Of a DNA stretch of 64,000 bases, positions 25,090 through 37,050 are shown piece after piece (position 1 is the stretch's first letter; every line of letters begins with the position of its first letter). The notes below the pieces were generated by a model. The model had not been told where the DNA came from. It did not search any database and saw only the letters and a program-made list of their open reading frames with translations. The DNA is from Moniliella sp. 'wahieum' (Eukaryota). The DNA lies in the NCBI GenBank assembly GCA_003971905.1, contig RSEE01000021.1, forward strand, positions 372,001 to 436,000, in the 5' to 3' direction. The translations under genes and the position numbers were made by a program.

Positions 25090-27540
25090 GTACTGAGGGT
25101 ACTCATGCGCCCACGATGCGTGATGCCGCCTGTCCATTGAACAGCATCGAAGGTATTGAACGTTGAACAAATACTAGCGTGAAGCGCGTGAAGCGTGAAG
25201 CTTGAAGCTTGAAGCTTGAAGCTTGAAGCGTGCCATGTGACGTGTGAAGCGTGAACGTGGAAATGGAACGCCGTCGGCGCAAGTGCCAAGCAAGTCACTC
25301 CCTTAATCCCTCGCCCTTTTTCAAGCTTCTAGCTTCCAGCGTCAGGTAGTCAGCAAGTCAGCGTACAGCCCCCCAGCGCGCGTTTAGCGGCTCAGCCTGA
25401 GCGCCTGTGCGCTCTGCTCCGCCGCACGTCACTAGCTTCAGCGCAGTCAATCACTACGCCGCCCCAGCGCGCAAGAGCGAGCAACGACCGAGCACGAGGT
25501 GTTGCAGTGGTGTTGCAGGCGTTGCTGCCATCATGCATCATGCATCAAGCTTCAAGCCTTGCCGGCGGGATTTAATACTGGACGAGGGCAGAGCCGGCTT
25601 CCCTGCTGTTCTAATGCCCTGCGGCCCTGCTGCCCCTCTGCCAGTAGCTCCATCCAATTTTCATCTTCATGTTGACACTTCAAGCTTCAAGACCTTCAAG
25701 CCTCCTCCCCCGTCGCGCGCCGCCCCCACCCGACCTGACATGCTGACAGGAACACTTTGAGTTCAGTTTTCAGTTTTCAATCCTTTCATGCCTCGCTCTC
25801 AGCGCCTACCGGCCCACTGCTCGCTTATGCCAACACCACCCAGGATGTATGATGCATGATGCATGATGCACCTGATGTTCTGGAAGTGCGTCGCACTAGT
25901 TCATCGATCATCGATCATCATGCATCAGCAGGATGGCCCTGGCGCTGCACTTTGTCCTTGTTACGTGCTACATGTTATCACCGACCATCGACTATCGACC
26001 GGCGACCATCGATCGTCGGCTATCATATCATCGACAGGCGCAACCACACAGCAACCCTTTGTATCGAAAAGCTAAAGCTAAAGCTTAAAGCAAAAGCAAA
26101 GCTTAAAAAACGGAGGGACTGTCAGCATGTCATTAATCATCCCGTCGATCATCGCTTCCAACCAGACCAAGCCTCGGCGCTGCTGCCTCCTGCTGCCTCT
26201 CGCGTCTCGCAAATCTTTCACATGCCATCTGCATGTCACACATGTCACACCTCCATCCTCCTCCGCCTTGCTGCACCCCCGATAATGTGCTCGCTTGCTA
26301 AGCTTGCTACTTGTTAGTTACTATGGAGACCTCCAACTCCACCGGGTACATGGGATGCCGAGTACACCAAGTACTGAGCACTTGAATGTTCACTTTCAGC
26401 GGACTCAGTACTCAATGGTTTGCCTGTCACATGTCAGGCACACGTCCCCGTCCCCGTCCCATGTCGTGTGCCACATACGTGGCATGCGTGTCGTTGCGTG
26501 TCCTGGTGTCCCCCCTCCCAGCACTTGTGCGTCCCGGTCACCTGACCCGGGCCCGCCAGTGCCCCCTCCTGCATCTGCGCCCCCATTCAGTTTCCATTCA
26601 AACGTCACGCGTCACGCATCACGTGTCACGTGCCACACCGTCACATACCCCTGGCACAATGGTGTTGTTACGTAACTTTGAGCATTGGCTGCCCGCCACC
26701 CTCTCGGGCCCTGGCCTGAGCTAGTCTAGAGCGCGCTGCGCTTCGGGTATGCACATCGTGCACAGACACCGCGCACTCCGGATGCGGCTCAGCACCAGCT
26801 CGGCGGCTCAGTGCCCTCTGGTCCAGACGCCAAACGCAGCTGCGCGGCCCGCGAAGGACCCAACAAAAAATGGGGGGACTAGCTGGGCTTGCTGGTAGGA
26901 GGTCGATGTCGATGAGGCTGCGGCCTGCTGTGGCCGCGTCATCATGTCATGCATCCAAGCCGCCATGATGCATGATGCATGAGCGCACCCGCGTCCCCAG
27001 CCACCATCGGACCGCACAGCTTCCACCACGGAAATGTTCAAATGGGTGGGCGGTAGCCGGTAGGCGCTAATAAGCTTCCTCGGGCGTCGGTGAGCATGTA
27101 GTCATTTTTAAAGTTGTCGGTTATGCCACGCTCACCTGCACCACATCTCTTATGCCCGCCACGCTCCGCCGTATCCGCTCGCGCTACAGGCGGATGGAAA
27201 CGAACGGCGGCAGCCGCAGGGTGCTGCTGGCATTGCCGACATGTGACTAGCTAGCTGGTCCTGACCTGCTCATGCCGCCCTTGTTGAACGTTGAATATTG
27301 AATGCCGTTGGGTTGAACGTTTGCTACTGTCCACAGGCTCAGTCTGCAGGCGGAGGCGCTGAATAACGTCTCAATTCCCTCAACGTACCCTCAACCTCAA
27401 CGCGAACATTGAACGTATTCAACGTTCAAAATACTCAGTTGAACTCCTCCAACCCAGGGGTGTCACATATATTCACCTGTCAGCTATCGCCCATGCAATC
27501 AAATTCACCTCAGTCTCCTGAAGCTTGAAGGTCTCAGGAT
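25090..27540. repeat. Dense cluster of 7-bp-period NNTNANN micro-arrays
   Basis: (CTTGAAG)4 25201..25228, (CATCATG)2 then CTTCAAG 25529..25556, (CATGATG) 25848..25868, (GATCATC) 25899..25919, ACTCAGT 26403..26416, GTTGAAC/ATTGAAT 27283..27303. Confidence 0.9.
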
Positions 27541-27553
27541 GAAAGAATGGAAA

Positions 27554-29448
27554 CTACCTGCTTGCCCCTGCATTCCCAAGCTTCGCTTCCCACCGGCACT
27601 CGCATATTCGGGCCCAATCATCGTCTTCCTTCATACGAATCGTACGGCTCAGGGCACACGCCCTCGCTCGCCCTCCTTTTTTCGTCATTGTGCCACGTCC
27701 CAGGGGCCTTCTGCTCTGGCCCATTATACTGCGCATGCCACCCTTGAGCGGCCTGCGCCCATGAAGAATCCAACCCAGCAGGCGGCGGTTGCTTGCTTCG
27801 CCTCCAATGACATCGAACCAGATGGGACTGCCAATCCTAGAGGCACAGGGAGCCAAGGGAAGCAGGAGGATCGGCTCCTCTCCCCCGTGGGTCGGTGGGA
27901 ATCGGCGTATAACCGACATTTCCGTAGACGACGGCTCAGGAGCACGGGCGATGGCCCCCAAAGAGGCAGTGGTACTTGGGCCGAAGTAGCCGGGACAACA
28001 TCGCACTCAACCGTGAACGAGCTTGGATCACTTTGGCGTTGAGCGTTTGCAAATCGGCAACCTGCTCTTGGTACTTGCGTATCGCTTGTTCACCCGTGCG
28101 AAAGAAGTGACCTTGACCACTTGTTCGTACACCTCTCGAAGCTCTTCGTTTGCCCCCGCGTCCGTCGCGCTCCTTGAGGCCAGACCGACATTTTGCCCTG
28201 CCTCAAACGCATCGCTGCGTTCACACAGCAGCTTCACCAGCTGGTCCACCTTGTCGGCCGCCGCAAACACTTCGGCCTCCTCGGCGGATCACGGACTTGC
28301 TCTTCAGCACTAGTCCCGCAACCACTTCCTAAGCCGCACACAAAACCAACCCAGAAACGGTCAGCAGAGAATGCATTTTTGGGGCGCACCAAAGCGGGGG
28401 AAACAGACGAACCAATGGTTTACCGGTACAATCCCATCTCCACCTCGCACTTCTGCGCGCCACCAATGCTCATACGACGTGTTGATCACCCGGATGAGAT
28501 CACCGGCACGGAGACCCAGCTCGCCTTGCTCGCTAGGAGTAAAATCGTACAACGCCCGGGCTCGGGTCACGCTCGGGACGACCACTGGCTGGGCGAGCAC
28601 CAGTGGCGGAGGCGGTGCAAGTGGGGGGGTCGGGAACGAGGGAGGCACTGTGGAAGCGACCGTGGCCGCTCCGGTTCCATTCGTTTGGCTGGGAGTGGGA
28701 GCTGTGAATCCGAAGTGGAAGGGATGGGAGAGAGTGTGCGGAGGGGGAACAGAAGAAGTAGGAGTGCTCGCAGGCATCGACTGCATCCACTGGGCGGTCC
28801 GCCTTGGTCAAGCAGCGACAGAGCAAGGGCGCGTTGTAGCTCCTCCTGCTCCTGGTCCCGCGCCGACTTGGGGGCGGTTCCTTTTTTTGGGCGGCAAAAG
28901 AATAGCCTAGTGTACAGGCGGACGGTCCATGTTAAGGATTCCATAGGTACGAGAATGAACACAAAGAGGGAGGGGACACAGGTGGTGAAAGAGCGCTTAC
29001 TGACCTTCATCCCGCTTTTGATAGGTCTCTTGCATAATAGCCCCTGCTCCATTGCCTCCAGCAGTCTTGGCGGATTGGCTCATATCGCTGGCCCAAGACT
29101 GGATGAGGCTCAGCAGGCGCTGGCGCACCACGGGGTGTACGTTAGCCCGGTCCTGCACCATGCGGAGGAGTACGGTGCAGAAGGCACGACTGCCAATTCG
29201 GGGCAGATAATGGGGCCCGGGACGTTTTTGCTCAAGGCCTCGGCAAGCGAGAGACAGAAAAGCTGGACGTTCGCACTGCGGTGCTGCAATCGATGAGCCA
29301 GGGCGTCGACGGCTTGGCGGGCCCCAGACTCACCCTGTCCGCGCACACCGTCGCAGATGTGCAAGTTCAAGTCCCACTTTTCAGACACGAGATGCTCGTC
29401 GGTTGCCTTGGCGATAAGTTCGTCATAGGGGTTGTTCGGACGGAACAT
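27554..29448 (-). CDS. HSE1: ESCRT-0 subunit Hse1/STAM (VHS, UIM, SH3, GAT)
   Basis: VHS: NPYDELIAKATDEHLVSEKWDLNLHICD; UIM: EEELQRALALSL-like; SH3: ARALYDFTPSEQGELGLRAGDLI..WWRAEVRG; then FAAADKVDQLVKLL. Introns and frameshifts present; 3' end approximate. Confidence 0.88.
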
Positions 29449-29886
29449 GAGGGTGGTGATGGTGTGGGAGGGGGTCGGTTGGGTGGTACATCCTTATACA
29501 CCCTTACACTCTATCCAGTCTGGCGTTGGCGCCTGCACCAGGAGCCTGCTATTGGCAGCAATAAGCGCTAAGCTGCCTCACAAAGTGAGGGGCAACGCGG
29601 CGCAGGCGCAGCAGGCGACGGACCGCGGTGGCGCCACCCGCCCCGGTGTTGCACCGACCGGGGCCATGCAGGTGGCTGAGCTCAGCAGGCATGCTGCCGC
29701 ATCATGCATCGTCATCACCGATCGCCCGAGGCGATGGCGGGGCGGCGAGGCATGGCAGGTGGATGAGGTCAGCAGGCTGTGGCGCAGAGCACGGCAGCGC
29801 AAAGCAAAGCCCAGCAGGCAGCAGGCTGGCGCGCGTTTGCGGCGACGCACCACGCAGCCACCGCCATCCCCAGCGGCGTCCACGCC

Positions 29887-32648
29887 ATGTCCGTCAGCGC
29901 AGCCCGCCCGCCGCGTGCCCACCCACACGCCCGGCGCCGCCCCGCCTATGCCACGCCCCCTCCGCCCCACCCGCCAGCTCGCCCACCGCCGCGCCCCACT
30001 CGGTCTCCATCAACAATCTCGGCACCAACAACTCGCCCATCACCGTTGTCACCTACCGCACCACCAGCATCAAAGCCCTCATTGATCCCACCCTCTCTGT
30101 CGCCGATGTTGTGCGCCACCTGTGTGTAAATACAATGCTGGGTTCAGGAACCCCACCAGCGTTTCGCCCTCCGCGACGAGCAAGGCGACGAGCTTGTCAC
30201 CGATGCCAATATGCGCCGTAAGATCGAAGCGGGCCGTCGGTTCAAGCTCTGCTCTTCTCCTGCCATTGAGGCAGCCGAGATGGTAGACAAGCTCTCTACC
30301 TTCCGCACCGAGGACCGTGTCCTGAATTGCCACCTACACGCTCCAACATTTGATCCGCGAAGCACCCTTTGCCGCCGAGTTTGTCGCCCGCGGCGGCCTG
30401 CGCGAGCTTCTTGCCCTCGTCATGTCCTTCCCGCTCCCCCCCAACCAGTAGTCCTCCCCGAGTACCGCGAACCCCTGCAATTGGAGTCAATACGCTGGCG
30501 TACGCACTCATTTCGCTTCAAAACCTGATGGAATGCTTTGACGATGGCTGGGAAGAGATTGATGGTGCCTTTGTTCAAAAGGTGGTCCAGATCCTGACCC
30601 GCCTCGATCGGATCAACGTCTGTCGGCCTTTGACAGCCATCCTTAAGAAATTGGTCGTGAGCGGACCAGATAACTCGAACGACGATGGGGAGAAGGAACC
30701 CTCCAGCGGCGATCGCACCCCCACTGGAAGCCGCCCGGGCTCAGGCCGGTTTGGCAACGAGAACACGGGATCGAGTGTGTTACCTGGGCGATCGATTTAT
30801 GGGTTGGACGCTCACGCAACCAGCATCAACAAGTTTGGCTTTGACATAATCTACCTTCATATTGTTGAAGAGCCTGACTTTTTGCGTACACTCGTTCATC
30901 GCCTTGGCAGTGCAGACACGACCCTGTGTCTATACAGGTATCCCTTCTGGCTTTGGCATTTTGCAACGAGTGCAAGTTCTAACCAAACACCTTTTCCATC
31001 TAGCTTCTCATTATTGAACACACTCGTTCGCCATGCCACATCCTCCTACTTTGAGCAATTGACGACCGAGTTGGACGCTTTGCACTTTGTCAATGCAGCA
31101 GTGCGATTGATGAATGCCAATCCCTCGGACGAGTTGACCATCTGCATTCTCGAGGCCCAGGCAATCAACGGCGGATCCTCAACTGGCGTATGCATACCCC
31201 CGTTGCCCCACAAAACAACGACACGTTAGCGCGCTTTCCTTCATCTGGCTCCAAGCACGCATCTCAGAGATTGCTGCCGACGAGGGCGGGCCCCGCGATC
31301 TGGCTGGGTCGGGACGACATGGACCCGCTGCCTCGACGCGGTTTGCCACTGCTGCAGCATTGAACAGTCGGTACAAGTGGCGACGACTTGGGTTTGGAAG
31401 CGAGGCGGTAGCCAAAGAGTTTGGCAAGTTGGGTTGGCTGGCGCTGCGCAACTGCGAAGCCTTTGTCCAGCCCGACCCGGAAGGATACAGCAAGATCATC
31501 ATTGATCAGCTCAACCAGCCGGTCGAGCGGCGCTGTCCCTTTGGCCGCGCCAGCATCGAGGTGACCGACATTCTTGCCGAGTTTTGGAACGTTTCCAATC
31601 CAGCTGGGGTGCCATATGCGTTCCCGGGTGCGACGCTATGGCCGTGTTCCAGCCGTACCTGCTGCACTTTGAGCGGGTCCATGGGTTGGTTCTTCGCTTC
31701 TTTTTGCGCATGTGGGCGGAGGCCAACGCGTCGTCCCAAGACTTTGCTCGCATCGCCGCCTTGACCCGCAGCCAAGTGCGGGCCACCTTTTCTGATGAGG
31801 GTCACAAAACCTGGACCGAGGTGGAGCGGTCATTCCTCGAGACGGAATACGCACGCGCGGGCGGTGCATCTCAAAACGTTGGAACAAACCGACGAGATGG
31901 CATCCAAGCCCGGCATTTGCTCTCTCCGCGACCAGCTGTACCGGGAAAGCTATGAGTTTGTACGGCAACAGCGAATCCGCTGTCTTCTGGAAGGTGCTTG
32001 GTTCCTCAACAAATCCCCCTCCGCTTCCCAGCCGGCGGGAGCAGCGATGGCCATGTGGCGCTTTTACCGCCTGTCGCCCGACAAGCGCTTCCTCCACTAC
32101 TGCGAGTCACAAGAGCGGACCCCGGTGCCTGCCGGGTTGGACACGTTGCCTGAACGGATTGATCTAACGCAAGTGACCGACATTAGCGTCTCCAACATGG
32201 CGCAACAGATCCGCTCTCATTTTGACCCCAGTCCCAGCGCAGCGACTGGTACCGGCGCGGGTGGCGCCGCACCGCAAAAGCAATCGGCCCCCGAGGCAGC
32301 GGCCAACCTAACCTTTGGCCTGATCAAGACGCCGGATACGTTGGTCGCCGAGCTGCGTGCTCTGAATCAGTCTCAGTTTTCCGAATGGGTTGATGGCCTG
32401 TCGATGATGCGCGGTGAGGGCGGTGTCATCCGGACCCGCAATACGGCCGACTACATTCAAGCTCTCACTGAGGTGGCCGTCCAAGTGCAATTGCTTGACA
32501 TTACGGGCGACAAGGTACGTTGTCTCCCTCCCCCTCCTCTTTGTTTTCACACACTCAGACTAACTGCTGGTACCAGATTGACCTTCCCTCTTTCGTTTCC
32601 GTCCCGCCTCCCCCGAATCCTGGGACTTTTACTATTCGGGAGGTCTGA
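29887..32648 (+). CDS. ELMO/CED-12 family protein with C-terminal PH domain
   Basis: ALRDEQGDELVTDANMRRKI, KWRRLGFGSE, RRCPFGRASIEVTDIL, FVRQQRIRCLLEGAWF, WRFYRLSPDKRFLHY, EWVDGLSM and a Pro-rich tail. Introns near 30938..31003 and 32514..32576. Confidence 0.9.
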
Positions 32649-34231
32649 TGCCTTGTCAACTCTTTGGCCTTCACCTCTTTTTTGGACCCCCCTACCACCC
32701 TCCTCCCGCCACATACGCATACCGCTCTCTTTGACCGAGCCCATATCACTTCGCATCTTGGGATATCGGGGGAATTGTTTGGCCTCACCTCCACCCCGCT
32801 GCGATCCGGCTATGGTTGATACAGCGTGGAACCTGTCCCGGATCCTCTCCCATCCTGTTCCGCTCTTTCTGTCTGTTGTGGCGTCCCCCCTTGCCCAACC
32901 CGGCGCCGTTCCCTTTCTGTTGTTTTGGACCTTGGAATTTGCCCTGGACGCCAGGTCCCTTCTCCCGCCCCTCCCCTCCTTTCCCTTGCTCTTTCCCGGC
33001 GAAACTTGTGAGCTTGGCGCTTTCTCCATCCCCCTTTTGGTATTGCTTCGTAGATGAGCGTGACGAGCGCCAAACGAGGGGCAATATAGCTGAAGTGTCC
33101 AATCCATCACGACACACCAGTAACAATTGTGGCGTACTTGGTCATCCCTTCTGTCTCTGTCTCTTTCTCCTTGTGGTGGGCATGGGATAGGACGTGCTTC
33201 AAACCAAAGGCAAAAGGTATTTTGTTGCCTTGGCGTTGATGTACGCTGGCGAGCCAACCCCAAGGGCCGAGAGGGAGATATAAACGAGTACAAACCAGTT
33301 GGACACCCTACATATAACTCTCAGGATGCTTAAGCTTCAAGTTCCCCCGAGGCTCGCCAGCACGGCAGTGGAGCTCAGCGCACCACAGTTGGATGTGTGA
33401 CGCGAGTGCTTGTTCGGATGATCGATGAACTGTCGGACAAAAAGGTGTCTACGCAGCGGCCAGCACCTCACTGGCTGGTTTCGCGGCCTGGGCGCAAGTC
33501 TGGCAGCTGACTGACGCGCCTCCTTCGATACGTCTCCTACCTCCTATGTCATGGCTTTCCTCCTCTCTTCTCACTAACCCTCCTCCTCTCTCTCCGTTAC
33601 TCCCTCCTTCGCTCACTAGGAAGCAATCCCTATCGATCGATCATTTGGCCTCTTGCTCTTGATTGCTGTTTTGCTCGGCACCGGGATCAGGTCATATCAG
33701 AGATCGTTGGTGCGCTTCTTTTCCCCCATCCCCTCCTTTCTGTATCCCTTTCGCTCCCTACCCTGCCCCTCCCCCACCCCACAGCAACCAACATGCCTAT
33801 CTGGGAGCCCACTGAGGATCACGTTCCCTCAGTGGCCACAATCGTGGCACCGAATTGTCAGTATCCTTTGCAACGATAACACCCCATGCCCGTTTACCTT
33901 ACCTTTCTAGTCGGATGCCCGTGCCGCAACAGCCTCTCGCCTGTTGCGCCTCGCCCCCGGTTCTTCGGCTCATCTATTGTGCGTTGTTTCGCTTTTAGTC
34001 CCTGTCTGTAACCCATGGTTCGTGGGTTTCCCCGGGTGCATTAGCGTCTTCCCCTCAAGGAAGAGTCCTTCTCCTACCCCCTCGGCAGTACCTACTGCTG
34101 CCAAAACTTGAGCAGGCATGTCACTTCCGTCACTGGTAGCAGCCCCCAAAACAAAAGGAGCTCCGTCATAGGAAGACGTTAGTGGCGAGGGCATATGAAG
34201 CCAGGAGAAGAAGCCAAACATGCTAACGTAT

Positions 34232-34325
34232 GGCATCGTGGTGTAGTTTTTATCACGTATCCTTAACAAGTGCGCTACGCGCTTGATAACGGATAAGGTC
34301 CCCGGTTTCGAGCCCGGCGAAGTCA
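34232..34325 (+). tRNA. tRNA-Val(AAC) with a 21-nt intron (34269..34289)
   Basis: Acceptor stem GGCATCG/CGAAGTC, D stem GTG/CAC, anticodon stem TATCC/GGATA with loop TT-AAC-A then intron then C, T arm with TTCGA, followed by a T6 Pol III terminator. Confidence 0.85.
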
Positions 34326-35904
34326 TTTTTTATCCAGGTTTTGGTAAGAGTCGGGCGATACGAGTGAGACCAAGGACCAAGGGAAGCAATTGATGCCCTG
34401 TGGCAAGGGAAAGAAGGATAACAGGATCGGCGAAGAGCAGTGAGAAGATTTACATGAGTAGTTAAGAGGGGCGTGAGACAGGTTCTTCCTGTATCATGCT
34501 ACTAGTATCTAAACACAACCAAAACTGTGGTCTTTGACACCCTTGGCACGCGACGGCAGATGTCCCCCCCTCGTCTCATATGGAGAGTATCATTAGTGTG
34601 TCGCATCCTGCAAAGCATTTCTTCGGGGATTTGCCAAACATATACCAGACCGATGGTGGAGACATGTATATTATGATGTGTGAAGTGACATCCACAACAA
34701 GGAGGAGGAGCTGTTATCGTCGCTATCATCACGTCTCTTTTGGTGCAAGCGAGGGGGACGAAGAGGGGAAGAGGGCAGAAGCGACGAGAGAATTCTTCAG
34801 ATGGAGCGTTTTTGGATCTGACTCTCCATAAGTAGATGTGTCCTGCAAACGACCATTTAATCAGACCTCCGACAGTACTTCAGGCGAGCATCCGTTCGTG
34901 ATCACCACCCGCCATGATGAACTCATGGGCTATTATATGTGACACAAATGTTTTGGACGTGCCTATTACTGTGAGCACGAAGAGGCCACAGCCAAAGCTT
35001 CAGCCGACGCCAACCGCTACATGAACGCTGTCCCGGAGCCCCCATCTTCGTCTTCTTTTGCCGACACATCTGGGCCGACGCCCGTCACGGAGCCTGCCAC
35101 ACCTATACCCTGTCGTCGAGCCTACCTCGAAGGCTGTTGTCACTAAAGGTGTGTATGTTACTAATATACAAGTTGTTGACGGAGAATGATCCGTCAGTCG
35201 AACAGATACAAGACAACGCTGCTGTAATCGCCCACCCGTTGATGTAAAGTTCCCTGCTGATTGGCAGATGCTCGTCTGCCCTCTATTCCGATAGTTGACA
35301 GACGAAGGATTCTCCTCAGGAAGATCTATGTGCCTTTACAATTGTCATCTGGTTGTCCCGTTTGTGGACAAAAAATACCATTTGATTCTTCATGCCACTC
35401 GTCATTGATCAACTTTCTACTGGCACGCCTATATAGACCGTCTGGATGCGCACTTGTGAGCTCTGTCGCATATACTTAGTAAAAGTAGGTAGTACAAGAG
35501 CCTCCTGTGGTAAGCAACTATTCCACTATGGAGGCTGCTGAAAGTGGTTTCCCACTGTATGATATACCAAAGGGTTTGCTTCATCCATTCATTGATCATC
35601 CATCCATTGATAAAAAGATGATTCGGTAGACATCGAAACACGATACCAAAACGATGACGGGAAAGGGGAAAAAGGAGGCCAGCAGTAAATGGAAACGGTT
35701 CGAGAAACATAGCATCCGACGGGTCGGATGCGTCCCCGGCACGGTTGGCCAGAGGGATCAAATGATTTGGTCGTTGAATGCTCCAACAATGTCGAAGACG
35801 AGTTGGTCGATAAATCCCGAGTCAGGACGAGGGAGCGATATGCTCGACCACGTTAAATCTGTCCTTCTCATCACCCGTCAGGAGAGGGGTCCAAGGCCGA
35901 AGGA

Positions 35905-37050
35905 TCAAGGGCTGTTGGGCGCTGATCCAAACAAAAGTTCAAGTAGAAGTAATCCGGACGGCAGAGTTACTGTGTAAGGTGTGAATTTGCGTGGGTAGTC
36001 CTTGCCGCGTTGGAGGTCAAAGAAGCGGTGCTGCAAGGCCTTCTCGGCCGAGATGCGCAGGCTGGGTCGGGCTCGAGAAGTTGATCGACAAACGGTCGCG
36101 GAAGCAAACGTCGTAGGTCGTGTACTTTTCTTCGTTCTGGTATACTGGTACCGAGAAAGTGGGATGGAGGGGATCGGCTTGGTGGTGCGCACCGTGCCAT
36201 CGGGGAAGAAGAGTTGCTGGCGCTTGTCGGCGGGAAGGTGGACAGCAAGCTGTTGGGTATCACACCCAGAGCGCTCTGCAGCTGCGCCAAGAGGGCGTGT
36301 CGCTAGCCTCAAAGGCCTGCTTCTTTGCCTTGTACCGGTTGTACGCCTCCTGCGTTGGCCAATCATCACGCTCGTGGGGGCCAAATGGCAACTTGCCCGT
36401 CATCAGCTGCAGCATCACACACCCAGCTGCCCACATGTCGAGGGGAGCTGACAGGCGTGGGTGCCAAGCAGCGCTCAGGTGGACGGTAGGCCTTGGGAAG
36501 CGCACTCGGCTGCCTGGCTCGCACCCGTCACATGGACCATTGGCGAGTAAAGGAACCGAATCGGCTCACCGTTCTCGGAAGGATTTGGGATGAGAGCGGA
36601 GGCGTGCTGTCCAACCGGATGTGTTCTCTCCAGTGAGGTTGCCATGGACGAAGCCCTGGTCATGAAGGGAGGCGAGAAAGAGAAGAAGTTGCTTCATGAT
36701 GGCCTGGATGTGCTCCAGCGGGAGCCCACGGCCATGGAGGTCATGCTTGACAAAGTGGGCCAGTGTGTCGGCCTTGCTGTCAAACACGATGCAAAGACGG
36801 TCATGGTTGTAGAGAAAAAACACACTTCGCGCACGTGCACCCAGCCAATGACGTCCGGCTTCATGGCTCTCACTGCATGCAGGATCCGGGCCTGGCGCAT
36901 GCTCTCGGCACGCATGTCCGTAGCGGTGTGGCTGACTTTGATCACACCTCTTGGTTGGTAACCATGTCATGGGCCAGCATTGCGTGTCCATAGGGGGGTT
37001 TGCCACGGTCACCCGCAACCGATCTGGGCCTCCCCAGACGCGTCTTTATG
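35905..37050 (-). CDS. Degenerate CMGC (CLK/SRPK-like) protein kinase, possible pseudokinase
   Basis: Across frames: GKPPYGHAMLAHD..IKV, RLCIVFD, GLPLEHIQAIMKQLLLFLASLHDQGFVHGNL, DMWAAGCVMLQLMTGKLPF, LLEPDP..RISAEKALQHRFF. Confidence 0.7.

Noticed and set aside
25090..27540. CRISPR-like or restriction-site/polylinker interpretation of the palindrome arrays (HindIII, NsiI, ClaI, AgeI, BglII, SpeI sites)
   Set aside because: There is no constant repeat with spacers and no vector sequence. Only A..T-bounded hexamers in 7-bp register occur, with natural decay.
34500..35480. Fragmentary ORFs with CxxC (GCPVCG) downstream of the tRNA
   Set aside because: Too short and fragmented to call a gene or a tRNA-targeted element.
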